Assembly (NCBI GenBank): GCA_963664195.1
Contig: OY760907.1
Coordinates: 1,664,001 to 1,728,000 of the forward strand
Direction: 5' to 3'
Source: an uncultured candidate division Zixibacteria bacterium
GTDB lineage: Bacteria > Zixibacteria > MSB-5A5 > GN15 > FEB-12
DNA: 64,000 nt
The stretch's first letter is position 1; each line of letters begins with the position of its first letter. Below the pieces are notes generated by a model that was not told where the DNA came from, made no database searches, and saw only the letters and a list, made by a program, of their open reading frames with translations. A program made the position numbers and the translations under genes. Positions 10,751 to 21,688 of the stretch are shown here, in pieces.

Positions 10751-11134
10751 TTACTTCCGCTCTTTTGACTTGGCTTCGATCGCTTCCGTCATTTTAGCCA
10801 CCAACTCGGAAATGTCCACCGGTTTGAGCAGAAGACCGAACGCCCCCAGCGGTTTAGGCTCTTCGCTCTGAGAACCAGACCCGTGACCGGTCACCATCAG
10901 GACTGGCAGATGGGGATAGGCGGCTTGTATCGTGTCCAGCAACTCTTCTCCGGACATGCCGGGCAGTTTCAGATCGACAACTACCACATCGTACGCGGTC
11001 TCTCTCAACATTTCGAGGGCGTGCCTGCCGTTGGTGGTGTAGTCTGCCAGAAAGCCGCGGTATTCCAGACGTTCCACGAGGGTCGAGACAAGTTCTTCCT
11101 CGTCATCCACAAGAAGCGCTCGATAGTCACTCAT
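10751..11134 (-). CDS. Single-domain response regulator
   Basis: LVDDE, VDLKLPG, VTGHG, LKP. Confidence 0.92.
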   Translation of the reverse strand: MSDYRALLVDDEEELVSTLVERLEYRGFLADYTTNGRHALEMLRETAYDVVVVDLKLPGMSGEELLDTIQAAYPHLPVLMVTGHGSGSQSEEPKPLGAFGLLLKPVDISELVAKMTEAIEAKSKERK

Positions 11135-11145
11135 AACAAATATCC

Positions 11146-12849
11146 CTAGCCCACCTTCTCCGTGGGCAGATTTACCGTGAACTTTGTGCCTTTCCCAACC
11201 TCGCTGGAGACATTGATCAAACCGCCAAGCTTGATTACAATATCATTTGTAATTGAGAGGCCGAGACCTGTACCGGCCTCACCCTTGGTGGAGAAAAACG
11301 GTTCAAAGATGTTCTTCAGATCGTGTTCGGCGATTCCTGATCCGTTGTCAGAAACCGACACTTCAACCTCGTCCATGCTCGGTTGATTGACCTGTATCTC
11401 TATCCGACCGCCGTCTTCGACGGCAGCGTAGGCATTACTGACGAGGTTGAGGAACACCTGCTGCAACTGCCCGCGGTCGCTCTCGATCATGGAGACGTTT
11501 TCGTCGACCTTAAGGTCGATCTGTATGCTGCGATGCGCCGCCTCTGTCCCCTGAAACTCCAGCACGTCCCTCATGAGTTTGCCGAGATCGATGCGTTCCT
11601 TGCTGGCTTCCATGCGGCGGCCAAACCCCAACAATCGTCGTGTGACTCTGCTGCAGCGCTCTACACTGGCGGTTATAGAGTCCAGAATCCCGGAAGTCTT
11701 CTCGCGGCCGGGAAAGTCCGGCGTGTGCGTGACAATGTCCTGAAGCAGCCCCGCCTTTTCGTTAATGATTGCGAGCGGGTTGTTGATTTCGTGGGCGACG
11801 CTAGCGGCCAGTCTGCCCAGTGTGGCCATCTTGTTGGTGTATTCAACGTTGTGGAACATTCTTGCTTGTTCGGCGTCTCGCTTTCGCAGGCGGTTGACGA
11901 CATTCCGTGCACGGAGTATGACTACCAGCAGGATGCCGGCTACGGAGAGCAGCAGGAACATGATAACGTCAGACCGGCGATGAAGCCAGAGGTCCAGCAC
12001 TGACTGAAGCTGTGTGGTGGCGACCAGGATAAAAGGGGTCCCCTGAACATAGGCGTATCCCACGGCCATTATCTCGCCTGAGGCGCCTTCCTGTTCGCTG
12101 ATGATTTCACGTTCCCGGATGTGTGGGGGAACGGTGAAGACAATCGTGTCCAGAACCTCGCCGTAGAAAGTCGAAACCGTCTGCAAGATACCTTCGCTGT
12201 TGACCACGAAAGCGTCGGTCTTGTCGTCAATATCCAGCGAGTATATTTGTCGCTGGAGCAAATCGGTATCGATTGTGGCTCGCAGGACATAGAAGTCGTT
12301 GTCTCCGATCTCGCGAGCCACGGCCACCACGAAATGCGGCAGATTTCTGTAGCCCATGAAGACGTCACTGACATAGGTGCCTCGCAATGAAACTTCGTGA
12401 AACCACGGTTGCTCACTGTAGTCGGCACCTTCCAACTCGTACGGGCCGGCATAGTAAACCTGCTTACCGTCGCTGTTGACCAACCCGAGATCGACAAAAT
12501 CACCGAAGGATTCTCGCAGATCTCGCAGCGTTGCCATCAACCGGGCATCACTGCTCATGTCCTGCTGTGATCTTCCACGGGCAATCAGGGAAAGAACGGC
12601 ACGACGTTCCTCGATAGCAAACTGGAGACTACGCTTCGTTCCCGATAACAACCGGGAGATCATGTAGCGGCTCTCTGCCCGGTACGCTGTTGCATCCTGG
12701 CGATAGTTGATGGTGGCCAGAATAGCGAGGGGGATGAGCGCGGCGAGAGTGGGTATAGTAATCAGGTAGCGATACAGATTCCGATACTTGGGTAGAGGTC
12801 CCTGCACTGGCGATGGGAGGGAGGAGTTGTTAGCTTCTATTTCTGACAT
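11146..12849 (-). CDS. Membrane sensor histidine kinase with dCache-like periplasmic domain
   Basis: Two TMs; AHEINNPL; NLVSNA; DNGSG; FFSTK; GTGLGL. Confidence 0.93.
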   Translation of the reverse strand: MSEIEANNSSLPSPVQGPLPKYRNLYRYLITIPTLAALIPLAILATINYRQDATAYRAESRYMISRLLSGTKRSLQFAIEERRAVLSLIARGRSQQDMSSDARLMATLRDLRESFGDFVDLGLVNSDGKQVYYAGPYELEGADYSEQPWFHEVSLRGTYVSDVFMGYRNLPHFVVAVAREIGDNDFYVLRATIDTDLLQRQIYSLDIDDKTDAFVVNSEGILQTVSTFYGEVLDTIVFTVPPHIREREIISEQEGASGEIMAVGYAYVQGTPFILVATTQLQSVLDLWLHRRSDVIMFLLLSVAGILLVVILRARNVVNRLRKRDAEQARMFHNVEYTNKMATLGRLAASVAHEINNPLAIINEKAGLLQDIVTHTPDFPGREKTSGILDSITASVERCSRVTRRLLGFGRRMEASKERIDLGKLMRDVLEFQGTEAAHRSIQIDLKVDENVSMIESDRGQLQQVFLNLVSNAYAAVEDGGRIEIQVNQPSMDEVEVSVSDNGSGIAEHDLKNIFEPFFSTKGEAGTGLGLSITNDIVIKLGGLINVSSEVGKGTKFTVNLPTEKVG

Positions 12850-12948
12850 CGTCCGATTGCTTCCGCGGCACCCGAAGTAGTAATCAGCTGCAATTGCTGA
12901 CTACTGACTGTTCTCGGTTAACGTTTCCTTCACCTGAATCGGCCAATC

Positions 12949-14157
12949 TCAACGATTGCTCTGGCGTCTGGCGTAAGCCTCTTTCATGACGCCGGCCAGT
13001 TGGTTGACGTTGATAGGCTTCCGCAAATACGCGAATACGCCGAGTTCCTCGGCTACTGTTTGCTCACGATCAGACCCGTGTCCGGTCAAGACGATCACCT
13101 CTACTTCGGGGTTCGTCTGTTTTACCCGCCGGAGAGTCTCAATGCCGTCGATTCCCGGCATCATGATGTCCAGGACAATCACGTCGGGCGCATCTTCTTT
13201 GACCATCTCAAGCGCCTGTTCGCCGTCATAGGCTATCGACGACTCTAGGTTCCGCGTCTTGAGGCGCTCCGAGAGCGTTTGCACAAACTCTCGTTCGTCG
13301 TCTACCAGCAGGATCTTCGGGGGAGCGTCTATGCCTTCCCACGGATTCACCGAAGGAGTGTCCAGCCGCGATCCGAGTTTGGTCGTGACTTCTGATACTC
13401 CGGAAACGCTCCGGGCAATGCTTTTGACTTTTTCGTGAAGGCGGCCCATCATTAGGGCTTGCTCGTTGATCCCGACCGTGACGTGCCCATTGTCGGAGAA
13501 TACTTCCACGAGGTGCCCGGATTCGGCCAGAGCCAGTTTTACTCTGGCACTCAGCAGGAAGTCGTGCGCCGTCCGTCGCGACCAATCAGTTGTTTTGATA
13601 GCATCTGATTGGGCGTGGTTGACGATAAGCCGGACAGCCTCTTCGGGTGAGGTCCTGTCCATCGGGACAACGATATCGTAGAGACGTTCGTCGTAGGCCT
13701 GTTTCGCCACGAGATCCAGTATGCATTCGCCAATCTGTCTATCGTACGCCTGGATGTTTTCAAGCGCGTCCGGTTCAGACAAACCGTCGGATTTGCTGGC
13801 CTCGGCTACCCGGTACTTGACGTCGGCGATAACGCAGACTCTCAGAACATGTGCGATACTGTTCGGAATCATGAAGCCGGCGCACCCGCCAAGCATGACG
13901 TCATCTGTCTGGATGAGTTCCGCCAGGGTCACCTCGAGACGAGCCAGCATCTTGAACCGATCTTTGGAACGTTTGTCCCGGAACGGATCAACGCCGCACA
14001 GAAGAGATTCGAGTTTGTCTCGAGAGACTCCGTACTTTTCCGCTGCGTCTGTAAAGAGGAGGTCGTCCAACTGCCGGTGTCCGAGCTGTTTGGACAATGC
14101 CGATACTATCTCGTCGCCGTGGCAGTAAGAGCCGCTGAGAACAGTAATAATCGCCAT
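12949..14157 (-). CDS. Cytidylate-kinase-like + BON-like + receiver domain response regulator
   Basis: MAIITVLSGSYCHG N-terminus; C-terminal LVDDE/LDIMMPG/LTGHG/KP. Confidence 0.85.
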   Translation of the reverse strand: MAIITVLSGSYCHGDEIVSALSKQLGHRQLDDLLFTDAAEKYGVSRDKLESLLCGVDPFRDKRSKDRFKMLARLEVTLAELIQTDDVMLGGCAGFMIPNSIAHVLRVCVIADVKYRVAEASKSDGLSEPDALENIQAYDRQIGECILDLVAKQAYDERLYDIVVPMDRTSPEEAVRLIVNHAQSDAIKTTDWSRRTAHDFLLSARVKLALAESGHLVEVFSDNGHVTVGINEQALMMGRLHEKVKSIARSVSGVSEVTTKLGSRLDTPSVNPWEGIDAPPKILLVDDEREFVQTLSERLKTRNLESSIAYDGEQALEMVKEDAPDVIVLDIMMPGIDGIETLRRVKQTNPEVEVIVLTGHGSDREQTVAEELGVFAYLRKPINVNQLAGVMKEAYARRQSNR

Positions 14158-14353
14158 AGTTTCCTATGCATGTTCCGGTGATTCGTTTACTGGAGCCTAA
14201 GATATGCTGAGTTCCTTACAAAGGCAAAGAAATCTTTTTGCAGATGAGTTCCGGTCGCGAATCCCGGGTGTATTTCGGGGGAAGGCGCCAAACACACGCC
14301 TCGAATCCGTGCATTCTGCCAGGCCTGATCTTTTGGGTTGTCGAGGCGATTGC

Positions 14354-16426
14354 ATGAGCCTATACTGCGCCAGAAGTATGAGCCAACAGATACTACAACA
14401 GACAGCTCTGTCGCTGCGCCGGATCCATGCTGAACTGCGTCGTACAGAGCACATTTACATGGTACTGGTCGCTCTGGTGATCGGCCTGCTCGGAGGGCTT
14501 GCTTCCGTTGGATTCCGTGAGCTGATCAGTCTGGGGCAACGGGCATCCTGGTGGCAGACCGAGAACCTGGTAGATCACATTCGGCAGTTGCCCTGGTGGT
14601 GGAAAGTCGGAGTGCCAACACTCGGCGGACTGTGTGTGGGGCTTATTACCTTCTATTTTGCTCGTGAAGCCAAAGGGCACGGTGTGCCGGAGGTTATGGA
14701 AGCGGTGACCCTGCGCGGCGGACGAATCCGCCCCCGGGTGGTCATAGCTAAGATGATAGCGTCAGGTGTCTGTATTGCTACCGGCGGTTCGGTTGGCCGG
14801 GAGGGTCCGATTGTCCAGATCGGCTCGTCGCTTGGATCAACAATTGGTCAATGGCTGAAGATAGATGAACGTCGCCTGCGAACTCTGGTTGGCTGTGGTG
14901 CCGCAGCCGGGATTGCAGCTACCTTCAATGCTCCGGTGGCAGGGGCGCTTTTTGCCGTTGAGATCATTCTGAGTGACTTCGGCGTGCCCCAGTTCTCTCC
15001 AATAGTGATTTCTTCCGTTGTTGCTACGGTTGTCAGCAGGTATTTCATCGGTGACTTCCCGGCATTCGACGTTCCGTCATACAGTCTTGTCAGTGCCCTC
15101 GAGCTTTTTGCCTATACCGGCCTCGGAGTGGTGGCGGGTTTTATATCCGTTGGTTTCGTCAAGACGCTCTACGGGATGGAAGACTTTTTTGACCGCATTT
15201 CTCTGTATCCGCCCCTCATTACAACTATTGGCGGTGTCATTATCGGATTGATCGCCATGGTGTTTCCGGAGGTTCTGGGAGTTGGTTATGAAACGATTAA
15301 TCAGGCGCTCAGCGGGCACCTGGTGTTGTGGATGCTCCTCGTGTTGATTGCTGTAAAAATCTTCGCGGTGGCAATTACTATCGGTTCGGGCGGCTCAGGT
15401 GGGGTTTTTGCTCCGTCTTTGTTCATCGGTGCAATGACGGGTGGTGCCGTTGGAGTTCTGGTCAATCATCTTTGGCCTGAATCTGTGGCCAGTCCCGGCG
15501 CATATGCGCTCGTGGGCATGGCAGCGGTGGTGGCGGCGGCGACCAGGGCCCCTATCACAGCAATACTGATCGTATTTGAGTTGACCAGCGACTACAAGAT
15601 CATTCTGCCGCTGATGATTACCTGCATTATCGCCACGCTTATCGCCTCCCGTCTGCAAACCGGCTCGATCTATACGCTCAAACTCCTGCGTCGGGGGTTG
15701 GACATTCACAAGGGGCAGTCGATTGATGTTCTGCAGGCCCAGAAGGTTCGTGATATTATGCGCACGGATATGACGACGGTTCCAATCGACGCGCCGTTGA
15801 TGTCTATCGTTTCGCGATTTATCGACGAGCCGGGCAATTCCGTCTTTGTGATCGATCGCAGCCAGCGCTTGTGTGGCCTTATTACACTGGATGAAATCCG
15901 TCCGGTGATTGCCAACACGCAGTCCCTGGAGAGCCTGCTGATTGCCAAAGACTTGATGATTGAAGACGGTTTTGCTGTCTTCAATCCCGACGATAGCCTG
16001 GCCGACGTGATGAAGCAGTTGTCCGGTCACGTATATGAAGCTCCTGTCGTATTCAATGGTGAGATTGTGGGAGCGATCTGGCCCGACGATCTGATATCCC
16101 GCTATAACGCCGAGTTGTTCAAACGCGATATGGCTTCAGGAATGGTCTCCTCAATGCACCGGGCACCCTCGCAGACTTCTCTTCCCGGAGTCAGCAACCT
16201 GAGGCTGGCCGAGGTGAAAGTCCCGATGCGTTACGTTGGGCAGTCGATAGCAGAACTAAACATCCGAAAACGATACGGCGTCACCGTCCTGATGATAAAG
16301 CGCAGAGTCGAAGGGCAGGACAGTCTTGTGGACACCGTTCCCACCGCAGATACGATTTTGGAGTCCGGGGATATTGCCCTCCTGATGGGCTCGGATCAGG
16401 AGCTTACGAGGTTTGAGCGCGGCTAG
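14354..16426 (+). CDS. ClC chloride channel/antiporter with CBS pair and TrkA-C (RCK_C) domain; start uncertain
   Basis: GHGVP, GREGP, GVFAP signatures; CBS domains; C-terminal VGQSIAELNIRKRYGV. Confidence 0.92.
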   Translation: MSLYCARSMSQQILQQTALSLRRIHAELRRTEHIYMVLVALVIGLLGGLASVGFRELISLGQRASWWQTENLVDHIRQLPWWWKVGVPTLGGLCVGLITFYFAREAKGHGVPEVMEAVTLRGGRIRPRVVIAKMIASGVCIATGGSVGREGPIVQIGSSLGSTIGQWLKIDERRLRTLVGCGAAAGIAATFNAPVAGALFAVEIILSDFGVPQFSPIVISSVVATVVSRYFIGDFPAFDVPSYSLVSALELFAYTGLGVVAGFISVGFVKTLYGMEDFFDRISLYPPLITTIGGVIIGLIAMVFPEVLGVGYETINQALSGHLVLWMLLVLIAVKIFAVAITIGSGGSGGVFAPSLFIGAMTGGAVGVLVNHLWPESVASPGAYALVGMAAVVAAATRAPITAILIVFELTSDYKIILPLMITCIIATLIASRLQTGSIYTLKLLRRGLDIHKGQSIDVLQAQKVRDIMRTDMTTVPIDAPLMSIVSRFIDEPGNSVFVIDRSQRLCGLITLDEIRPVIANTQSLESLLIAKDLMIEDGFAVFNPDDSLADVMKQLSGHVYEAPVVFNGEIVGAIWPDDLISRYNAELFKRDMASGMVSSMHRAPSQTSLPGVSNLRLAEVKVPMRYVGQSIAELNIRKRYGVTVLMIKRRVEGQDSLVDTVPTADTILESGDIALLMGSDQELTRFERG

Positions 16427-16520
16427 AATATCCCCGTTACCTACGGTATGTTGGGAGCTACGCAACGAATTCTCCTGTGTAGTCCCCTGACTCTTCTACA
16501 GTTGAACTCACCGTGCAGGC

Positions 16521-17449
16521 CTACAGCAGCTTCGTCCATGCCTCCAGTCTGCCGTATTCCTCGAAACCGACCGAGGCGTACAAAGCGTGTGCAGGATCGG
16601 TGTATGAACCAACGTACGCTATCTTTGCTCCCAGCAGCTTCAAGCGCAGGATCCCCTAAGTGAGGATTGCCTTGCCAAGGCCGTGTCGCTGGTGATCCGG
16701 CGATGTGCCGACCGGTTCGAACAACCCCGTGCGGGTGACATCATCAAACCAGATGGTGCAGAATGCAGCCAAATCCGCATTGGGAGCTACCGCGACAAGA
16801 TCCAAATCGCGTCTGTACAAAGGCCCCCTCTGGATGTTGTGATACCAGCCGTCTTCAAACTTATCTGTCGGGTCGTCTGGATGGAATGCTCGGAATGATA
16901 CCCAACACCTTGCGGAGTGCTCATCGGTGTTTCCGAGCGCTCGAATCGTGTAGCCCTCGGCAATGGAGAAGGGGACAATCGCCTCTGACAGGGGCCGTCT
17001 ACGCTGACTCTCTTTGAGCCATTTGTCACAGACGCTGTAGCCGCGATTATTCAGTGCCGTCTGAAGTCTCACGTCCCTGATTTCGGACCAGACGTGCAGC
17101 GTCCGTCGGTTGTTGCTGGCCGGAACGGTCAGATGTTGCTCGGCAACTGCAAGCATGTGTGCGTCCAATTCGTTACTGGCATAGCTCGGATGCATTTGCA
17201 GAAACACTGATCCTGGGCCTTCCCGGTTGAGTACGGCGACAATATCGTCGTTTTCTGATCCCAGAGGAAGACATCTTCTCCTGGAGTGCCGTGTTTCATA
17301 TTGAGGACTCCGTGCCATCGCCAATAGTCGAACCGGGCGACATCCCAGCTGGTCTGATTGAGATCGTTGGCAAGGAGGACATTGCGAAGGAACTCGCGAA
17401 TTCGCCAGTAGTCCTCGTCATTGCGGTATCTGTGCATACTGGTTTTCAT
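16521..17449 (-). pseudogene. GNAT acetyltransferase pseudogene (frameshift plus amber stop)
   Basis: ORF 17129-17449 shifts near 17260 into ORF 16656-17324; after TAG (16656-16658) the frame continues GILRLKLLGAKIAYVGS..AHALYASVGF..WTKLL to a stop at 16521. Confidence 0.8.
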
Positions 17450-17658
17450 AGCATACTCCCAAACCTGAACTCCCGATACAGAATCGGACGTACGGATTCA
17501 TACTTGTTTGGTCTTGTGATTGATGAACGTATCAGCGGTCGTTATGCCGCTGATACATATCGGAAGGACATGCTTAGAGAATCATTGTCCTACACCTCTG
17601 CGGAATGTGTGGCCTGTAGCATATTACGGAGGTTTGGAGTAGAGGTTTCGTGTCTTGT

Positions 17659-17766
17659 GTAGAGCATCTCTTGGCTCGTTGCGGATTCGAGATTGTCGAT
17701 ATCTACGGAGATTTTGACAAGTCGCCCTACAGTGACGAATCACCGGAGATGATTCTCGCGGCATGA
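17659..17766 (+). pseudogene. Orphan C-terminal fragment of a class I methyltransferase
   Basis: Reads VEHLLARCGFEIVDIYGDFDKSPYSDESPEMILAA* with no matching N-terminal gene. Confidence 0.6.
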
Positions 17767-17955
17767 AACAGGGCTGATCGTCGCGTCGCAAATGCGGCAC
17801 TCCGCGTTCACGGGTCCATCCTGGCCGTATGTCCACGCTTTGGTCCTCTAACTCGTTGCATCAGACCACGCGAGTCGGTATATTATCACGGAGCACACAT
17901 CGGCGATATTCTCAAAAACGTATGTAACAGAATCGATCGATATTGGAGGTTTCCC

Positions 17956-20121
17956 ATGCTTTCCAGGAACGCGTTTACTTTCTTTGCAGTCATGGCCTTT
18001 TCCGTCGGTTTGGGTGCCCTGAGTCTGATGGCCGGAGTTCCCGGGCTCATCAATTACCAGGGGCGGATAACAGACCCATTGGGCACTCCCCGAGATACCG
18101 TGGTGGATATTTCGTTTACGATCTTCGAGGATGAAGGCGGCACTTCCGATCTCTGGTCGGAGACTCACTCCGCGGTGCCCGTCGTCGACGGACTATTCCA
18201 TCTCTATCTGGGGGATGTCGACTCAATCCCGTCGGCTATCTTTAGCGGCGAAACCCGGTTTCTCGGGATGGCTGTCGGCACCGATCCCATCGGAACACCG
18301 CTGATCCCCATAGTGAGCGTTCCGTACGCTCTTCTTGCCCAGACGGTTCCCGAAGGCACAATCAACAGTCTGCACCTCGAAGACGGGGGAGTGGGGTTGG
18401 AGGACATCGGCCAGAACGGTGCTGCCCAGGGATTTGTCATGAAGTGGATCGACGACCACTGGATTGCGGCTGAAGACGCCAATGACGGTGGTTTCGAACT
18501 TCCGTACGGTGGTAGTGTGACGAGTACGGGCGACGCATTTTCTATCGGCAACGACGGGACAGGACCTGGAGTGCGCGGAGCCGCTCAGGCAAACGACGGT
18601 GTGATAGGATACACCGGGGCGGTCGACAAAAGCGGTGTCTACGGTTACAGTCCGCTTGGCACCGGTGTCTCCGGTCGGTCGGAAGGAGAGAGTCACGGAG
18701 TGTATGGCGAATCCAATGCCTCGACTCTGGAACACGCCGGAGTTTACGGTATGAACCTTGGTTCAGGGCCGGGCGTGTCGGCTCATGGCAATGACCTCGG
18801 CCTCCGTGTGACGACGGGGGCATCCGGAACGGCTGCCTTGCTCGAGGGAGACGTCCTGGTCAGCGGCGGGCTTTCTGCGGTAACCAGTTCGACCGCTGCC
18901 GGACAGTTTGCTACCGATGACTTTACTGTTGGCAGTGATTCTGCGGTGTTGAGGGCCGAGTATTTCGGCCCCAACTCGGCGTTCAAGACTCTGAGCGCCA
19001 TTGAGGGAATCTGTGTAACCGAGGATTCGGCCGGCATCGGAGCGTGTTTTCAGGGCGGTTACACCGGGCTCTGGTCGGAGGCGGTTCAATCAACTCGCGA
19101 TGGGGCCTACTACGGAGTTATGGGATCGGTTTCCGGAGACTTCACGGGCAGTCTTTCAACCCAATTCACCGGTGCCTACTTTCAAGCGGTTGGAAGTGAT
19201 ATCTCCGAGACTATCGGTTGTCAGACATACGTCAAGGGCGGTGCCTACAATGCCGGCTTCACCACATCTATTCTTGTCCCGCATGGACAGAATCCCCTGA
19301 TCAGTCAGGGGTTATCCGCATACATTGCCGATAGCAAACAGGCGTACGGGGTGAACCTGGAGGTCTACGCCTATCACGGACCGGATAGTGTTCATGCAGG
19401 TCTCAAAGCACGGACCTCTGGTGCCGTGACCGACTACGGCAGCTACCTGATTGCGGAGGGTGATTCAACCAACTACGGCATTTACGCCGAGGCCAAAAAC
19501 GGGGCTAATGCCAACTACGGTATCTGGGCCGAGGCCCCGAACGGCATGGCCGATTGGGCGGGGTATTTTGTGGGCGACGTAATGGTCACCGGAACAATGT
19601 ACGCGACTAGCAAGTCCTTCCGAATCGATCATCCGCTCGATCCAGAGAACAAGTATCTCGTTCACTCTTGTGTCGAATCGCCGGACCAGAAAACGGTGTA
19701 CGACGGTACGATCGTGCTGGATTCGGACGGTGCTGCTGTTGTTGAGTTGCCGGACTACTTTGAGGCATTGAATCAGGAGTTCCGATACCAGCTCACTTGC
19801 ATTGGTGGTTACGCACCGGTCTACGTGTCAGATGAAGTCGACGGCAACCGGTTCGGTATTGCCGGAGGAAGCGCCGGACTGAAAGTCTGCTGGCAGGTAA
19901 CCGGAGTGCGGAATGATCCGGCAGCTCTGGCGCAACCGATGGAAGTCGAAATGGAGAAGCCGTTCGACAAACGCGGTACTTACCTCAACCCTGCTGCCTA
20001 CGGACTGGGCGAAGAGTCCGATGAAATGCACCGTGAACGTGCGAAGCGCGACAACGGAGAGCACGAGTTTGGAAAACACATTCCGAAGCCGCCGGAGATG
20101 CAGGGCAGATCGCAGAGATAG
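17956..20121 (+). CDS. Secreted Gly-rich beta-repeat (tail-fibre/adhesin-like) protein
   Basis: Signal peptide; INYQGR..D..G N-domain; GVYG repeats; C-terminal KSFRIDHPLDPENKYLVHS.VESP domain. Confidence 0.8.
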   Translation: MLSRNAFTFFAVMAFSVGLGALSLMAGVPGLINYQGRITDPLGTPRDTVVDISFTIFEDEGGTSDLWSETHSAVPVVDGLFHLYLGDVDSIPSAIFSGETRFLGMAVGTDPIGTPLIPIVSVPYALLAQTVPEGTINSLHLEDGGVGLEDIGQNGAAQGFVMKWIDDHWIAAEDANDGGFELPYGGSVTSTGDAFSIGNDGTGPGVRGAAQANDGVIGYTGAVDKSGVYGYSPLGTGVSGRSEGESHGVYGESNASTLEHAGVYGMNLGSGPGVSAHGNDLGLRVTTGASGTAALLEGDVLVSGGLSAVTSSTAAGQFATDDFTVGSDSAVLRAEYFGPNSAFKTLSAIEGICVTEDSAGIGACFQGGYTGLWSEAVQSTRDGAYYGVMGSVSGDFTGSLSTQFTGAYFQAVGSDISETIGCQTYVKGGAYNAGFTTSILVPHGQNPLISQGLSAYIADSKQAYGVNLEVYAYHGPDSVHAGLKARTSGAVTDYGSYLIAEGDSTNYGIYAEAKNGANANYGIWAEAPNGMADWAGYFVGDVMVTGTMYATSKSFRIDHPLDPENKYLVHSCVESPDQKTVYDGTIVLDSDGAAVVELPDYFEALNQEFRYQLTCIGGYAPVYVSDEVDGNRFGIAGGSAGLKVCWQVTGVRNDPAALAQPMEVEMEKPFDKRGTYLNPAAYGLGEESDEMHRERAKRDNGEHEFGKHIPKPPEMQGRSQR

Positions 20122-20182
20122 AAGCCGGTTGTCGGTGATATGGGTGTGAGTAGCTGACAGTGGAGACGACAATGACTGAAAT

Positions 20183-20209
20183 GGGCCGACGGAATCTCTC
20201 CGCCGGCCC
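20183..20209. terminator. Hairpin between convergent genes
   Basis: GGGCCGACGGA...TCCGCCGGCCC. Confidence 0.55.
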
Positions 20210-20234
20210 TTGTTTCATATATCTTCAGCCCTGC

Positions 20235-21560
20235 CTACCCTTCAATCCCCATCGTCTTGATTTTGCGCCAGAGGGTAGAGCGATGCATGCCGAGTTCTAC
20301 CGCCGCGCGGCTCTTGTTGCCGCCGTTGCGCGCCAGCGCTTTTCGGATCGTTTCCTTTTCGCTCTCAGCCTCCACGCGTGGAAGATTGCCGGTTGTACTC
20401 TGTGAGACCACGTGGCTGGGGAGATGCTCGATCAGGATTTCATCACCGTGGCACATGACAAACGCATGTTCAATCGCGTTTTCCAGCTCGCGCACATTGC
20501 CGGGGAGGGAACATTTCCGCAGAACGGCGATAGCGTCCGGTGACACCCGCTTGATTTTCTTGCGGCTCTTTTTCTGGAATCGTTTCAAATAGTGATTCAC
20601 CAGCAGCGGGATATCCTCCGGTCTGTCGCGGAGCGGAGGGATGGAGATAGCGACAACATTCAGTCGATAGTACAAATCCTCGCGGAATTTTCCCTCGCCG
20701 ATCAGCTTCTCCGGATCGGCGTTGGTGGCGGCAATGATTCGGGCGTTGGTGTGCAGGGTCTTGGTCGAACCGAGCGGACGGTACTCACCGTTGTTCAACA
20801 CGCGTAGCAGTTTGACCTGCAGAGACATCGGCATCTCACCGATTTCGTCAAGCAACAGGGTGCCGTCGTTGGCCAGACTGAACTGTCCCGGCTTGTCTCG
20901 CTTGGCGTCGGTGAAAGCCCCTTTTGAGTATCCGAACAACTCAGACTCAAGCAGTGTCTCCGGCAGGGCGGCGCAGTTAAGTTTGATATGGGGACCGTAC
21001 CGTCGCGGACTCAGGTTGTGAATGACCTGGGCGAACAATTCTTTGCCGGAACCGCTGGGGCCGAGGATTAACACGTTGCACTCGGATTCGGCTATATCCG
21101 GGAGCATCGATACCATCCCCTGCATGACCGAGCTGACACTCACGATTGCACTGAGCGTCCGTTTTTCTTCGAGTCGATCACGAAGGTGCTCGACCTCGGA
21201 GACATCGCGGAAAAACTCCACCGCGCCGACCGGCGTACCGTCTTCATCTTTTAGGAGAGTGGTAGTGACACTGATCGGAATCTCACGACCGTCCTTCGTG
21301 ATGATCGTTACACGGGCATTCTCAATAGGATCGTGCTTTCGGAGCGTGTCTTTCAGGGCACATTGCTTGTGGCAGATTTCTGTCCGGAAGACATCGAAAC
21401 AGTGTTTTCCCACCGCCTGTGACATCTTGAATCCGGTGATTCTCTCGGCGGCTTTGTTGAACGAGGTTATCCGGCAGTTTTCATCAACCGTGAAAACGCC
21501 GTCGCTGATGCTGTTAAAAATCAGCTCGCTCAGTTTTTCGCACATGGCGCAGGCTCCCAA
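20235..21560 (-). CDS. PAS-AAA+-Fis sigma54 enhancer-binding protein (OrpR-like)
   Basis: GPSGSGKE, ESELFG, GAFTDA, LDEIGEM, PGNVRELEN, Fis HTH; PAS carries C-x8-C-x3-C. Confidence 0.93.
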   Translation of the reverse strand: MGACAMCEKLSELIFNSISDGVFTVDENCRITSFNKAAERITGFKMSQAVGKHCFDVFRTEICHKQCALKDTLRKHDPIENARVTIITKDGREIPISVTTTLLKDEDGTPVGAVEFFRDVSEVEHLRDRLEEKRTLSAIVSVSSVMQGMVSMLPDIAESECNVLILGPSGSGKELFAQVIHNLSPRRYGPHIKLNCAALPETLLESELFGYSKGAFTDAKRDKPGQFSLANDGTLLLDEIGEMPMSLQVKLLRVLNNGEYRPLGSTKTLHTNARIIAATNADPEKLIGEGKFREDLYYRLNVVAISIPPLRDRPEDIPLLVNHYLKRFQKKSRKKIKRVSPDAIAVLRKCSLPGNVRELENAIEHAFVMCHGDEILIEHLPSHVVSQSTTGNLPRVEAESEKETIRKALARNGGNKSRAAVELGMHRSTLWRKIKTMGIEG

Positions 21561-21688
21561 ACAGTGGTTGGCAGGTAATATGGCTGCTGAATCTCAGAAT
21601 GCAATATACTATCTCAACGGTGCGTGTTGTGTTCTGGCCACATACTCAGGTAACCTGACTATTCACAAGCCATTAGCGCCGCCTATCT

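Noticed and set aside
3508..16658. Amber recoding or pyrrolysine, suggested by two in-frame TAGs
   Set aside because: TAG ends many intact genes here, both affected genes carry other lesions, and no pyl genes are in the window
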